Shown here: positions 27,135 to 36,463 of the stretch, one piece after another
Layout of the letters: the number at the start of each line of letters is the position of its first letter
Numbering within the stretch: position 1 is the first letter of the stretch
Source of the DNA: Bacteroidales bacterium
GTDB taxonomy: Bacteria; Bacteroidota; Bacteroidia; Bacteroidales; UBA1402
DNA: 64,000 bases
Reading direction: 5' to 3'
Assembly: GCA_017446025.1 (NCBI GenBank)
Contig: JAFSRR010000104.1
Span: 44,026-108,025 of the forward strand
Translations under genes and position numbers: made by a program
The notes under the pieces: model-generated
The model's database searches: none
What the model saw: the letters and a program-made list of their open reading frames with translations, nothing else
Told to the model about the DNA's origin: nothing

Positions 27135-28559
27135 TTGGGAAAACGGAAAAACCTTCCATTGCTTGAAAATGTGACCATCACTGATGTCGCTGCCGAGGGA
27201 AACGCCTTGGCACGAGTGGATAATATGGTCATTTTCATGCCTTTTGGCGCTCCGGGAGATGTCGTGGATGTGCAGATAGTCAAGAAACGCAAGCAGCATG
27301 CCATCGGGCGGATTGTCCGCTTTGTGAGCCGCTCTGAGGAGCGTGTCGAGCCTTTCTGCAGCCATTTCGGCGTGTGCGGCGGCTGTCAGTGGCAGCACCT
27401 GCCCTACCCGGCCCAATTGCGTTTCAAACAGCAACAGGTGATGGACAATCTCACCCGCATCGGCCATGTCGAATTGCCGGAGCCGCGTCCCATCCTGGGT
27501 TCTGAAAAGCAGATTGAATACCGCAACAAGCTGGAATTCACCTTTTCTGACAAACGCTGGCGCACTTATGAAGAAGTGGCCTCCGGCCAGGAATTCTCTC
27601 CGCAGGACAATCTCGCCCTGGGATTCCATATCCCCGGCATGTTCGACAAAGTGCTTGACATCGACACCTGTCATCTGCAGGAGAACTTTTCCAACCTGTT
27701 GCGTCGCGATATCAAAGCCTGGTGTCAGGCACACGGGTATCCTTTCTTCAATCTGCGCAGCCAAACGGGCTTGATGCGCAATCTGATCGTGCGTACGGCC
27801 TCGACGGGCGAAAAGATGGTCATCGTGGTCTTCCACGACCCTGACCAGCCGCGCATCCAGGCGCTCATGCAGCATATTGCCGAGACTTTTCCCGAGATCA
27901 CTTCCCTGCTCTATATCGTCAACGACAAGTGCAACGACACCGTCTTCGACCGCGAGGTCTTTGTCTTCAGTGGACGCGACTACATTTTTGAGAAAATGGA
28001 AGACCTGAAGTTCAAGATTGGTCCCAAGTCGTTCTACCAGACCAATTCGGCGCAGGCCTACCGTTTATATGGCGTAGTCAGGGAGTTTGCCGCCCTGACG
28101 GGCTCTGAATTAGTCTATGACCTTTATACCGGTACGGGCACCATCGCCAATTTCCTGGCCCTGCAAGCCCGGCAGGTGATCGGGGTGGAATACGTGCCCG
28201 AGGCTATCGAGGACGCCAAGGTCAATGCCGCCCTGAACGGTCTGGACAACACCCTGTTCTTTGCCGGCGATGTCAAGGACATTGTCAATGAGGATTTTCT
28301 GGCCAAATATGGCACCTCCGACGTGCTCATCACCGACCCGCCCCGGGCTGGCATGCACGAAGATGTGGTTCGTACCATCCTGTCGGCACGCCCCCGTCGG
28401 GTGGTCTATGTGAGCTGCAATCCTGCCACCCAGGCCCGCGACTTGAGCCTGCTCGATGTGGCATACCAGGTGACGGCCATCCAGCCGGTGGATATGTTTC
28501 CGCATACGCAACATGTGGAGAATGTGGTATGTCTCGACCTCAGAAAAGAATGTTCGTAA
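27135..28559 (+). CDS. rlmD: 23S rRNA (uracil-5)-methyltransferase RlmD/RumA
   Basis: 474 aa. It has a TRAM domain (ITDVAAEGNALARV), the Fe-S motif CSHFGVCGGCQWQH and a SAM-methyltransferase C-terminal half ending YVSCNPATQARD. The start is TTG, because the next ATG would delete the TRAM domain. Confidence 0.85.
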   Translation: MGKRKNLPLLENVTITDVAAEGNALARVDNMVIFMPFGAPGDVVDVQIVKKRKQHAIGRIVRFVSRSEERVEPFCSHFGVCGGCQWQHLPYPAQLRFKQQQVMDNLTRIGHVELPEPRPILGSEKQIEYRNKLEFTFSDKRWRTYEEVASGQEFSPQDNLALGFHIPGMFDKVLDIDTCHLQENFSNLLRRDIKAWCQAHGYPFFNLRSQTGLMRNLIVRTASTGEKMVIVVFHDPDQPRIQALMQHIAETFPEITSLLYIVNDKCNDTVFDREVFVFSGRDYIFEKMEDLKFKIGPKSFYQTNSAQAYRLYGVVREFAALTGSELVYDLYTGTGTIANFLALQARQVIGVEYVPEAIEDAKVNAALNGLDNTLFFAGDVKDIVNEDFLAKYGTSDVLITDPPRAGMHEDVVRTILSARPRRVVYVSCNPATQARDLSLLDVAYQVTAIQPVDMFPHTQHVENVVCLDLRKECS

Positions 28560-28592
28560 GATTTTTATATACCAATTAGAATTTATAACTGT

Positions 28593-31500
28593 ATGAAAAC
28601 CAAAGCTTTGTTTATGTCTGTGCTGATGATCGGCTTGTTCCTGACCCCGGCATGGGCATTGATCACGGATCCGGAGGATTATGTGATCTATGATTCGGGC
28701 CAGCTCTGCGAGAGAGGCAGTTTCACCAAGCCTGATTTCTTCAGCGCTACGGGCTGGGAATTCGGAGAGGCCGCCTCTTCCCTCTCGGGAAACTCCTCCC
28801 TGGCTGCTTTCCTGGGCGCTTCATCAACGACCGACCCGCTCAACGCCATCCTGATCGGCAAGACCGACACGCTGGTGCTGACGCTCCCTGCCTGCGACTC
28901 CATCTATATCGAGTATTGGGGCACAGGTATGCGCGGTCTGAAAATCACCAACGACCACAACAACAGCTATGCCTGGCATTCGGTCAATGGTATGCGTGAC
29001 AGAGGCCGGGTCGGAGCCCGCTTCGATGCCAAGGATTCCATCCGCATTTATCTGACCGGCACCAAGTTGGAGGTGACCACCCCCTTGAACAACAACGAAA
29101 AGGTCAACATCAACCGCATCAAAATCTACGCCGGTATCGAGGACAGTGATGTGCCTGAATTCGACGGCACCATCGCCGGCTGGACCTTCCAGTATCATCC
29201 CAAAGCCAGCGGCACGGTCGATCTGACCTCGCTTGTCACTTCCGAAGAAGGCTTTGAATCGGCCAAATACGACATCTATGCTTCCGATCTGGGCGTGGTC
29301 CGTGGCAAACTGACGGCCTCCAAGGGCTTCTCGCTGGGTTACGACGGTACGGAACATGCCGCCCGTATCCAGGGCATGCAGGCCAACCAGTCGGTGGATT
29401 TCACCAAGGACGAGCAACACAAGGATTATTTCCAGATTGAAGTGCCGACTACCGGATTCCAGGACATGGAACTCCAGTTCAACTTCAGCCTGCTCTCTTC
29501 GGCTTCCTCGGCCGTTGTAGTGACCCGGGCTTCCGGTCAGACCGACTGGACGCTTGCCGGCAAGTTCGAACAGAACGGCAGCAAGACGTCGGTCAATGTG
29601 CCGCTCACTGGCATGGACAATGCAGCCACTACCCAGATTCGTATCATGCCCGACAACGGCACCTACGGCAACGGCGGCGAACTGATGATTTCCGCTTTGA
29701 AGATCAAAGGCTACGATGACTATTATAAGGTGAACGAAGGTGCTTTGAAGATCGCCTACATCAACAATGCCACCGACCGTATCCACATCCTGGACCGCGC
29801 AACCACCTCCGATTCGCTGGATACCAAGTTGTTGCCTGCCCTGTTGAAGAACGCCGACCTGGATGTCGACGTGCTGCACCAGCAACTTTGGCAGGACATC
29901 ACCGCCGAAAACATTCTTGAAAGACTGGCCGGTTACGACCTGGTCATCCTGAGTGATTTTGTTCCGGCCAACTCCTCCATTGCCCAGGCATGCCTGGCAC
30001 TCGTCGGTCACAAACCGCTGTTGAACTTGAGTGCCAATGTCTATAACAGCACTGCCTGGAACTGGAGTCCCGTTCAAACCAGTCAGGCCGTCCAGCTGGC
30101 TTCCAACAGCCACTTCACGTTCCATCCTGTTTTCAGTGATGTAAAACTGACCGAGCTGCTTACCGGCCAGCTGTTTGCCGACGCTCCTGAAGCCTTGTCC
30201 ACGACAGCAGGTTTCAGCGCCGCCCAGTACAACGGACAGGAAGGTTATATGATCGCAACGCCTGCCGGTGCCAGCGGTGTGGTCGCCATCCACGAGCTGA
30301 ACAGCAATCCGGCCGCCAAATACATGCTGGTGGCCCTGCCTGTGGCTGGCCAGCCCTATTTGAGCGACATTGCCCTGAAGATTGTCAACAACGCCATCCG
30401 CTATGTCAGCTCGGCCAATGTCTTTGTTGAGCCGCTGTTTACGATGGTGGCCGGCGGAGCCCTGGTTGAGAACATCTCTGAACTGCAGGGAGCCTTGGTG
30501 TATGACTATGCAGCCTTGAATCTCAAGCAGATCGTCATTGAAATGAAACCCAGTACCGATGCCAACGGCATTTATCTCCTGCCTTCCGAAGGCCTGACCA
30601 TCGATGCTTCGCTCAACAATGTGGTATTCCGCGGCAGCCAGGGCAAGGATGTCGTACTGTCCGGTCAGTTCAAGGGCAAGACGGCTATGAAGTTCAACGA
30701 CCTGATGTTTGACAACCTGATTCTGGCCCAGGACAAGTCGGGCAAGTTCATCTCATTGGCAGCCAACGACACCATTACCGGCAGCTTGACCATCCAGAAC
30801 TGCCGTGCCGGACGGGATGCCGATGTGGCCGGCACCCTGGTTGAAGTCAACGGCGGTGCACAACTCAGTCAGTTGACTGTCAACAACAATGCATTCGGAC
30901 AGAAGGCTGCCACCTTGCTGTGCAAAGTCACAGACGGCACAGTGGCCATAGATAATGTCACCGTCAAGGAGAACTGCTTCTACGGATCTTCCCTGCGTGA
31001 AATGATAGCCTTCGGCCAGACCGCATTCAGCAATGACCAGCTGGCCCTGGCTGTTGTCAACAACACTTTCTATGCCTGCGACGCTGCCAACAGCAACCTG
31101 ATCAGCTTTGAAAAGGCTCCTCAGATTCCTGTGACAACTCAGGTAAACAACAACTTGATGTTCCAGAGCAAGAACTCAGCCCTCAGTGCCGCTCCTTATC
31201 ACGGATTGCATTTCTATCAGCCTGCCGAAGGCTTGAAAGTCCAGGTATTGAACAACCTGTTGGCTGAGCCGGCAGAGAATGTCACGGCCTTCGGTGTATG
31301 GCCCGACACGCTCACCATTGAAAGCAAGACGCTTGATGCTGCCCGTTTCGGCGCCATCTTCCAGGGAGATGACATGGAGATATCCAAAGCTTCTGCTCTC
31401 TACACGGCTGGTGTCAACCACACGTATGTCGGTTCGGTCGATTGCTACGTGGATCGTGCCCAGGCCGGTGTCCTGACTGTCCACAACGTACCCGAACTGA

Positions 31501-32834
31501 AGGTGGCCCTGCAGATTTCCGTACCAGGTGACACCATCGAACTGGCCGCTTGCGACGAAGACAACGGCGTCTATCTGCTGGGTGCCTCCGGGTTGGTTTA
31601 TCCGCAGCATCACGGTTCGTTGCTGATCCGCAATGCCAAGGACGAAGAGCCCGTGCTGTTCGGCCGCATTTCTTCGAGCAACGGCGCCAAGCTGAGCAGC
31701 CTGGTCTTCGAAGGTTTGACCTGGCGCGACAATACCACCTATACAGGTTACAACCTGGAGACCTACTCTCCTTTCTATGTCAACGTCCGCGACTCGATTA
31801 TGGAGACCTGGACCGTGCGTCAGTGCAACTTCTACGATTTGGACAACCAGGAAATCTTCCGTACCAACACAGGTTGCAACTTTGCTGTCATCAAGGAACT
31901 CCGTTTCGAGAACTGCTACTTCGACAACATGGGTGGTTCCCGTCCTTGCGACGGCAAATCCATGGGTGCCCACTTCATCCAGTTTGTCAACAATTCGAGC
32001 ATCAAGTACGAGCTCGACAGCTTTGTCTTTGTACACAACATCGTGTCCAACTTCCACGGCAGCCAGCTGTTCAACATTGCCCGTCAGGCCTCGACTTCGC
32101 AGGATTCGACCATCAGCATCACCATCTGCCACAACCTGTTCTACAAGCTGGGCGGCCATGCTGAGAAGAACCGCAACTTCTTGGAGTTCACTTCCAACGC
32201 CAATGGCTTCGATATCAATATCGACATCAACGACAACATCTTCTATCGTCGCTGGAGCGACCAGTACTACCCCGTTTCCAACCTGGCCTTGTTTATGCCG
32301 GCCAAGGGACAGCAGGTTTCGATCAATTTGCTGAACAACTATTTCGACGGTGAGTATTACGATGGTGACGGAGAAGATCCCAATCCCGTCGCTCAGAAGA
32401 ACAAGAGCCAGAACCTCTATGTTTCCTCTGGTGACGAAAAGATGGTGAACCGCGGCAAGCCGCTCTTCTGGTTCGATCTGGAAATCGATGAACTCTTCGA
32501 AGATGAAAACACCTTCTTCATCGGCAACGAATCGCCTTTGTTCACAGCCGGCACCAACGGCGGCTATGTCGGTCCGAAAATCTGCTACAACATTGCTCCG
32601 GAGCCTGTTGACGCCATCCGCCCGAATCACAGCCGTGAGGGTCTGCAGGTTGTTGTCCGTGAGTCTCAGGTACTGCTCTTCACCAGCGAAACAGCTGTCG
32701 TGAACATCTACAATGTTTTTGGACAAACGGTTCGCAGTCTGCGTCTGGAAGCTGGCGAGCACAGCGTTGAAGGTCTGGCTCCCGGTCTCTATCTGATTAC
32801 CGACGGCAAGAAATCGGCCAAGGTGCTCTTCTAA
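28593..32834 (+). CDS. 1413-aa secreted multidomain protein with two right-handed beta-helix modules and a T9SS type-A C-terminal sorting domain; function unknown
   Basis: The signal peptide is MKTKALFMSVLMIGLFLTPAWA. Residues 23-385 are beta-rich. Residues 386-607 form an alpha/beta module (KIAYINN, YDLVILSDF and HKPLLNL). Two blocks of NNxF-type beta-helix rungs follow, and the second opens with LKVALQISVPGDTIEL at nt 31524. The C-terminus reads VVNIYNVFGQTVRSLRLEAGEHSVEGLAPGLYLITDGKKSAKVLF. Confidence 0.8.
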   Translation: MKTKALFMSVLMIGLFLTPAWALITDPEDYVIYDSGQLCERGSFTKPDFFSATGWEFGEAASSLSGNSSLAAFLGASSTTDPLNAILIGKTDTLVLTLPACDSIYIEYWGTGMRGLKITNDHNNSYAWHSVNGMRDRGRVGARFDAKDSIRIYLTGTKLEVTTPLNNNEKVNINRIKIYAGIEDSDVPEFDGTIAGWTFQYHPKASGTVDLTSLVTSEEGFESAKYDIYASDLGVVRGKLTASKGFSLGYDGTEHAARIQGMQANQSVDFTKDEQHKDYFQIEVPTTGFQDMELQFNFSLLSSASSAVVVTRASGQTDWTLAGKFEQNGSKTSVNVPLTGMDNAATTQIRIMPDNGTYGNGGELMISALKIKGYDDYYKVNEGALKIAYINNATDRIHILDRATTSDSLDTKLLPALLKNADLDVDVLHQQLWQDITAENILERLAGYDLVILSDFVPANSSIAQACLALVGHKPLLNLSANVYNSTAWNWSPVQTSQAVQLASNSHFTFHPVFSDVKLTELLTGQLFADAPEALSTTAGFSAAQYNGQEGYMIATPAGASGVVAIHELNSNPAAKYMLVALPVAGQPYLSDIALKIVNNAIRYVSSANVFVEPLFTMVAGGALVENISELQGALVYDYAALNLKQIVIEMKPSTDANGIYLLPSEGLTIDASLNNVVFRGSQGKDVVLSGQFKGKTAMKFNDLMFDNLILAQDKSGKFISLAANDTITGSLTIQNCRAGRDADVAGTLVEVNGGAQLSQLTVNNNAFGQKAATLLCKVTDGTVAIDNVTVKENCFYGSSLREMIAFGQTAFSNDQLALAVVNNTFYACDAANSNLISFEKAPQIPVTTQVNNNLMFQSKNSALSAAPYHGLHFYQPAEGLKVQVLNNLLAEPAENVTAFGVWPDTLTIESKTLDAARFGAIFQGDDMEISKASALYTAGVNHTYVGSVDCYVDRAQAGVLTVHNVPELKVALQISVPGDTIELAACDEDNGVYLLGASGLVYPQHHGSLLIRNAKDEEPVLFGRISSSNGAKLSSLVFEGLTWRDNTTYTGYNLETYSPFYVNVRDSIMETWTVRQCNFYDLDNQEIFRTNTGCNFAVIKELRFENCYFDNMGGSRPCDGKSMGAHFIQFVNNSSIKYELDSFVFVHNIVSNFHGSQLFNIARQASTSQDSTISITICHNLFYKLGGHAEKNRNFLEFTSNANGFDINIDINDNIFYRRWSDQYYPVSNLALFMPAKGQQVSINLLNNYFDGEYYDGDGEDPNPVAQKNKSQNLYVSSGDEKMVNRGKPLFWFDLEIDELFEDENTFFIGNESPLFTAGTNGGYVGPKICYNIAPEPVDAIRPNHSREGLQVVVRESQVLLFTSETAVVNIYNVFGQTVRSLRLEAGEHSVEGLAPGLYLITDGKKSAKVLF

Positions 32835-32857
32835 GCCTAAAGACACTCTCTTATACA

Positions 32858-32900
32858 AACGGTCCCCGGAAGTTTCGGACTTCCGGGGACCGTTGTTTTT
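32858..32900 (+). terminator. Strong rho-independent terminator
   Basis: A perfect 16-bp stem aacggtccccggaagt/acttccggggaccgtt with a 5-nt loop is followed by gTTTTT. Confidence 0.85.
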
Positions 32901-32941
32901 GCTTCGGATGTGGGAAAGGTACACTGCCCTGTCAGGGTCGC

Positions 32942-34033
32942 TCAAAGCAGCAATCCCAAACCGCCGAGCAGCAAGGCTAGCGACATTTTGATGCCCTTGA
33001 CCACGACAAAGGCTTTCTTGTCTTCGGCAAACAAAGGCAGGCTGCTGTGGCCGTCCTGTACCAGGGCATTGGCCAGCAAAATGCAGAAAGGAATATGACC
33101 GCCCAGGAACAGGCCGACAAAGATCAGATGCGGGCCGGATTCGGGAATCAGTCCGACGGCTACAGCCAGCAGAAGCAGCACATAGGGGTTGCGGTTTATC
33201 CAATTGAGGGCATCCATGCGGTATTCCAGCATGTGGACCAATGCCAGGGCCGCCAGGGTCCACAGGAAGATCTTTAGGAAATGCTTGCGGATGACATGCT
33301 CCCAAAGGTGATGCTCGAGAAAATGCTCGCTGACAGTGAGCACGGTCATCAGCACGGCCAGGGCCAGGACCAGGAAGACATAGTTGAACCAACGTTCTTC
33401 CAAAGGCAGATGCAATCCTGTGGAAGGGCCTGCTGCCATTTCATGCGGCATATCATGGCCATGCTCAAATCCGCCCATGGCCAGCAGAATGATAAAACCG
33501 ACCAGACCGGCAGCCAACAGGGCACGCGCAAAACTGGGATGCAGCAAATGCTTTTTCCAACGGCCGGGCAAATCTTTCAAGCGAATGTGTCCAGGCTGTT
33601 CGTGTTGGTGTAGGACCAGGTGTTCGGGATGAACGGCTGCCGGTGATATGCGCGGAAACAGTTTCCGGGCGGCAAAACCCGCCGGCAGCGCCAGGGCAAA
33701 AAGGATAGCCAGGATCATCAGGGTCTTTTCAGGCATTTGAACCAGCATGACAAAAGATTCGTCGCCGATGCTGGTGATCATGGCGGCCAGCAGCGCCCCT
33801 GAATGCAATATGCCGTGGGAATACATCGACACGACGGCAAAGCCGCCGAAACAGCCGGGAATCAGCCCCAGCAAAGCTGCCACTATGGTCTGCAGACGGG
33901 GCGAACGCGACAGGCCGCGATGCCAATTGCCCTGGGTGGAGATGTTCAATATCTCTATAAACAACATGATGACCAGCACAAAAGTGGTGATCATCAAGGT
34001 GTCTTTGAAAACGTCCAAAAATAGATGGGTCAT
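32942..34033 (-). CDS. Polytopic His-rich membrane protein, putative 10-TM metal transporter (ArsP_2 / putative manganese transporter family)
   Basis: 363 aa from ATG 34033. The two halves share motifs: GLIPGCFGGFAVVSMY against GLIPESGPHLIFVGLF. Three His-rich stretches are present: HPEHLVLHQHEQPGH, FEHGHDMPHE and EHFLEHHLWEH. The ATGA overlap with the rlmB stop was checked. The family name is from memory. Confidence 0.55.
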   Translation of the reverse strand: MTHLFLDVFKDTLMITTFVLVIMLFIEILNISTQGNWHRGLSRSPRLQTIVAALLGLIPGCFGGFAVVSMYSHGILHSGALLAAMITSIGDESFVMLVQMPEKTLMILAILFALALPAGFAARKLFPRISPAAVHPEHLVLHQHEQPGHIRLKDLPGRWKKHLLHPSFARALLAAGLVGFIILLAMGGFEHGHDMPHEMAAGPSTGLHLPLEERWFNYVFLVLALAVLMTVLTVSEHFLEHHLWEHVIRKHFLKIFLWTLAALALVHMLEYRMDALNWINRNPYVLLLLAVAVGLIPESGPHLIFVGLFLGGHIPFCILLANALVQDGHSSLPLFAEDKKAFVVVKGIKMSLALLLGGLGLLL

Positions 34034-34797
34034 TGTCTTTGTCTGACTGCTTCGTAAATCATGATACCGGCCGCTACCGAGACATTGAGCGAAGCGATGT
34101 TGCCCAGGATGGGAATCTGGACCAGTTCGTCGCAAATGCGCAGGTGTTCGGGAGCGATGCCCGTATCCTCTGCCCCCATGATGATGGCCGTAGGACCGCT
34201 GTAATCGGCCCCTGTATACATTTGGGATGCTTTCTCCGTGGCAGCGATCAGATGAAAACCGGAGTCTTTGAGATAGCGCAGTGCATCGCGCAGGCTGTTC
34301 TCGCGGCAGACGGGCAAGGTGTGCAAGGCTCCGGCCGAGGTCTTCACGGCATCGGCATTGACCGTGACGCTGTTGTTCATCGGCAGGACGATGGCATCCA
34401 CACCGGCACAGGCGCAGGTACGGGCAATGGCTCCGAAATTGCGCACATCGGTTACACTGTCCAAGACAACGACCAGAGGCTGCTTGCCGGCCTCATACCA
34501 TAGCGGCACCATTTGTTCGAGCCGCTGATAGGTGACGGGCGAGACAAAGGCGATCACTCCCTGGTGGTTCTTGGTGGTGATATGGTTGAGCTTTTCCTGG
34601 GGGACACGCTGGACGGGAATATTCGTGCCCTTCAACTGCTCGAAGAGTTCCCGGGCCAGATTGTTTTCCAAGTTCTTGCGTATCCAGATCTTATCGACAT
34701 CCTTGCCAGCGGCGACAGCCTCCATGACGGCACGTATGCCGAAGATCATCTCGTTGCCGCTGCCGGGTTGTTTTCTGTTGTAATACATGGGGTTCAA
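34030..34797 (-). CDS. rlmB: 23S rRNA (guanosine-2'-O)-methyltransferase RlmB (SpoU/TrmH family)
   Basis: 255 aa. It has an N-terminal SpoU substrate-binding domain (IFGIRAVMEAV and NHQGVIAFVS) and the SpoU knot motifs (LDSVTDVRNFGAIARTC, GAEDTGI and SLNVSVAAGIMIYE). Confidence 0.85.
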   Translation of the reverse strand: MNPMYYNRKQPGSGNEMIFGIRAVMEAVAAGKDVDKIWIRKNLENNLARELFEQLKGTNIPVQRVPQEKLNHITTKNHQGVIAFVSPVTYQRLEQMVPLWYEAGKQPLVVVLDSVTDVRNFGAIARTCACAGVDAIVLPMNNSVTVNADAVKTSAGALHTLPVCRENSLRDALRYLKDSGFHLIAATEKASQMYTGADYSGPTAIIMGAEDTGIAPEHLRICDELVQIPILGNIASLNVSVAAGIMIYEAVRQRQ

Positions 34798-34803
34798 AAA
34801 AGT

Positions 34804-36459
34804 TTAATCTCCGTAAATCAAGTGTTTTGCATTCTTGACGGCTGCCTCGCTCAGGGCGGCACCGCTCAGCATCTGGGCTATTTCTTCCACTCTTTCCGCT
34901 TCGTTGAGCAAGCGGGCCGAGCTCAGGCTCTGCTGCTCCGTGTCGGATTTCTCGACTTTGTAGTGCCAGGCGCCACGAGCGGCGATCTGAGGCAGATGTG
35001 TGATGCACAATACTTGTCTGTTTCGGGCAATTTCCTGCATGAGCAAGGCCATTTTATGGGCAATCTCTCCCGACACGCCCGTGTCGATCTCGTCAAACAG
35101 CAGTACGGAACCCTGCCCGACATCTGCGATCAAAGCCTTCAGACAGAGCATCAGCCGGGAAATCTCACCGCCCGAGGCAATCTGGCTGATGGGCTGTACA
35201 GTAGCATTCTTGTTGGCCGAAAAAAGGAATACGACTTTGTCCGCCCCACTGGCATCCATTTCCTTGGGCGTCATCTCCACTTGAAAACGGGCATGCGGCA
35301 TACCCAGCTGTTGCAGTTGGGCCACCATGTATTGCTCGATGGCGGTCGTAACCGACGTTCGCTTTCGGGACAAGGCAGCTGCCGCTTCCAAGGCCTGCTG
35401 AAGGGCAGCTTCCATGGCCTGCCGGGCGAGTTTCAACTGTTCGTCGCCTGTGTCGATGTTGTGCAGACGCTTTTCGTAATCGTCTTTCAAGGCCAGCAGT
35501 TCTTCCTCACTCTTGACGTGGTGACGCTGCTGCAGGTCGAAGAGCAGGCCGAGACGGTCTTCCACCTGTTGCAGCCGCGAAGGATTCATTTCGACCGAAG
35601 CGTCCCAGTGTTCGACATCACGGCTCAGGTCTTTGAGTTCGATCAGCGCCGAATCCAGCCGGTCGCAGGCCTCCTGGATCTTGGGGAATACGCCCGACAG
35701 GTGACCGGCAATCTGCGTGGCAGCCTTCAGGCGGACGCAGAGTCCGCTGTCTTCGCCTTCGAAACACTCCCTGAGTTGAGCCAGCCCGCTTTTGATTTCT
35801 TCGGTATGGCTGAGCACTTCCAATTCCTCTTCGAGTTCAGCTTGCTCGCCCGCTCTCAGGCAGGCTTGATCCAACTGCTTGAATTGAAAGCTGATATAGT
35901 CTTTTTCTTCTTGTCCTTTTTGAAGCTCTTCAGACAACTTCTCCACCGTCCTTGCTTTGTCCTGATAATCATGCCATGCCCTGTGGTACGAAGCTAGCTC
36001 GCCGGCTGTCCGGGCCACGGTGTCAAGGGCGTCGAGCTGGAAGGGCTCCTTGCCGAGCAAAAGATTCTCGTGTTGGGAATGGATGTCCACCAGCCGGCTG
36101 CCCAGGTCCTTGAGCTGGGTCAGGGAGACGGGGGAATCGTTGACAAAAGCCCGGCTTTTGCCGTTGGCATACAACTCGCGCCGGACAACGCAGGACAAAG
36201 GATCGTACTCAAGATCGTTCTCTTTGAAATATGATTCCAAAGGATTAATCTCCGTGAACTCGGCTTCGATCAAGCAGCGATCGCGGCCTTCCTTGATCAT
36301 CTTCAGATCGGCACGCTGGCCCAGCACCAGAGTGACGGCGCCGAGAAGCACCGACTTGCCGGCACCGGTCTCGCCGGTAATGACAGAAAAGCCCGGAGCG
36401 AACTCCAGGTCGAGGGCCTCGATGAGGACATAGTTTTCGATGTGCAGTTTGTGTAACAT
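34804..36459 (-). CDS. recN: DNA repair protein RecN
   Basis: 551 aa. The N-terminus is MLHKLHIENYVLIEALDLEFAPGFSVITGETGAGKS. A long coiled-coil middle follows, and the C-terminal region has ASGGEISRLMLCLK and LLFDEIDTGVSG. Confidence 0.95.
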   Translation of the reverse strand: MLHKLHIENYVLIEALDLEFAPGFSVITGETGAGKSVLLGAVTLVLGQRADLKMIKEGRDRCLIEAEFTEINPLESYFKENDLEYDPLSCVVRRELYANGKSRAFVNDSPVSLTQLKDLGSRLVDIHSQHENLLLGKEPFQLDALDTVARTAGELASYHRAWHDYQDKARTVEKLSEELQKGQEEKDYISFQFKQLDQACLRAGEQAELEEELEVLSHTEEIKSGLAQLRECFEGEDSGLCVRLKAATQIAGHLSGVFPKIQEACDRLDSALIELKDLSRDVEHWDASVEMNPSRLQQVEDRLGLLFDLQQRHHVKSEEELLALKDDYEKRLHNIDTGDEQLKLARQAMEAALQQALEAAAALSRKRTSVTTAIEQYMVAQLQQLGMPHARFQVEMTPKEMDASGADKVVFLFSANKNATVQPISQIASGGEISRLMLCLKALIADVGQGSVLLFDEIDTGVSGEIAHKMALLMQEIARNRQVLCITHLPQIAARGAWHYKVEKSDTEQQSLSSARLLNEAERVEEIAQMLSGAALSEAAVKNAKHLIYGD

Positions 36460-36463
36460 GGTT

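Noticed and set aside
28824-33392. Minus-strand ORFs 28824-30293 (489 aa) and 31176-33392 (738 aa) opposite the 1413-aa gene
   Set aside because: These are antisense shadows. The second also runs through a perfect 16-bp terminator and into the transporter gene in a different frame.
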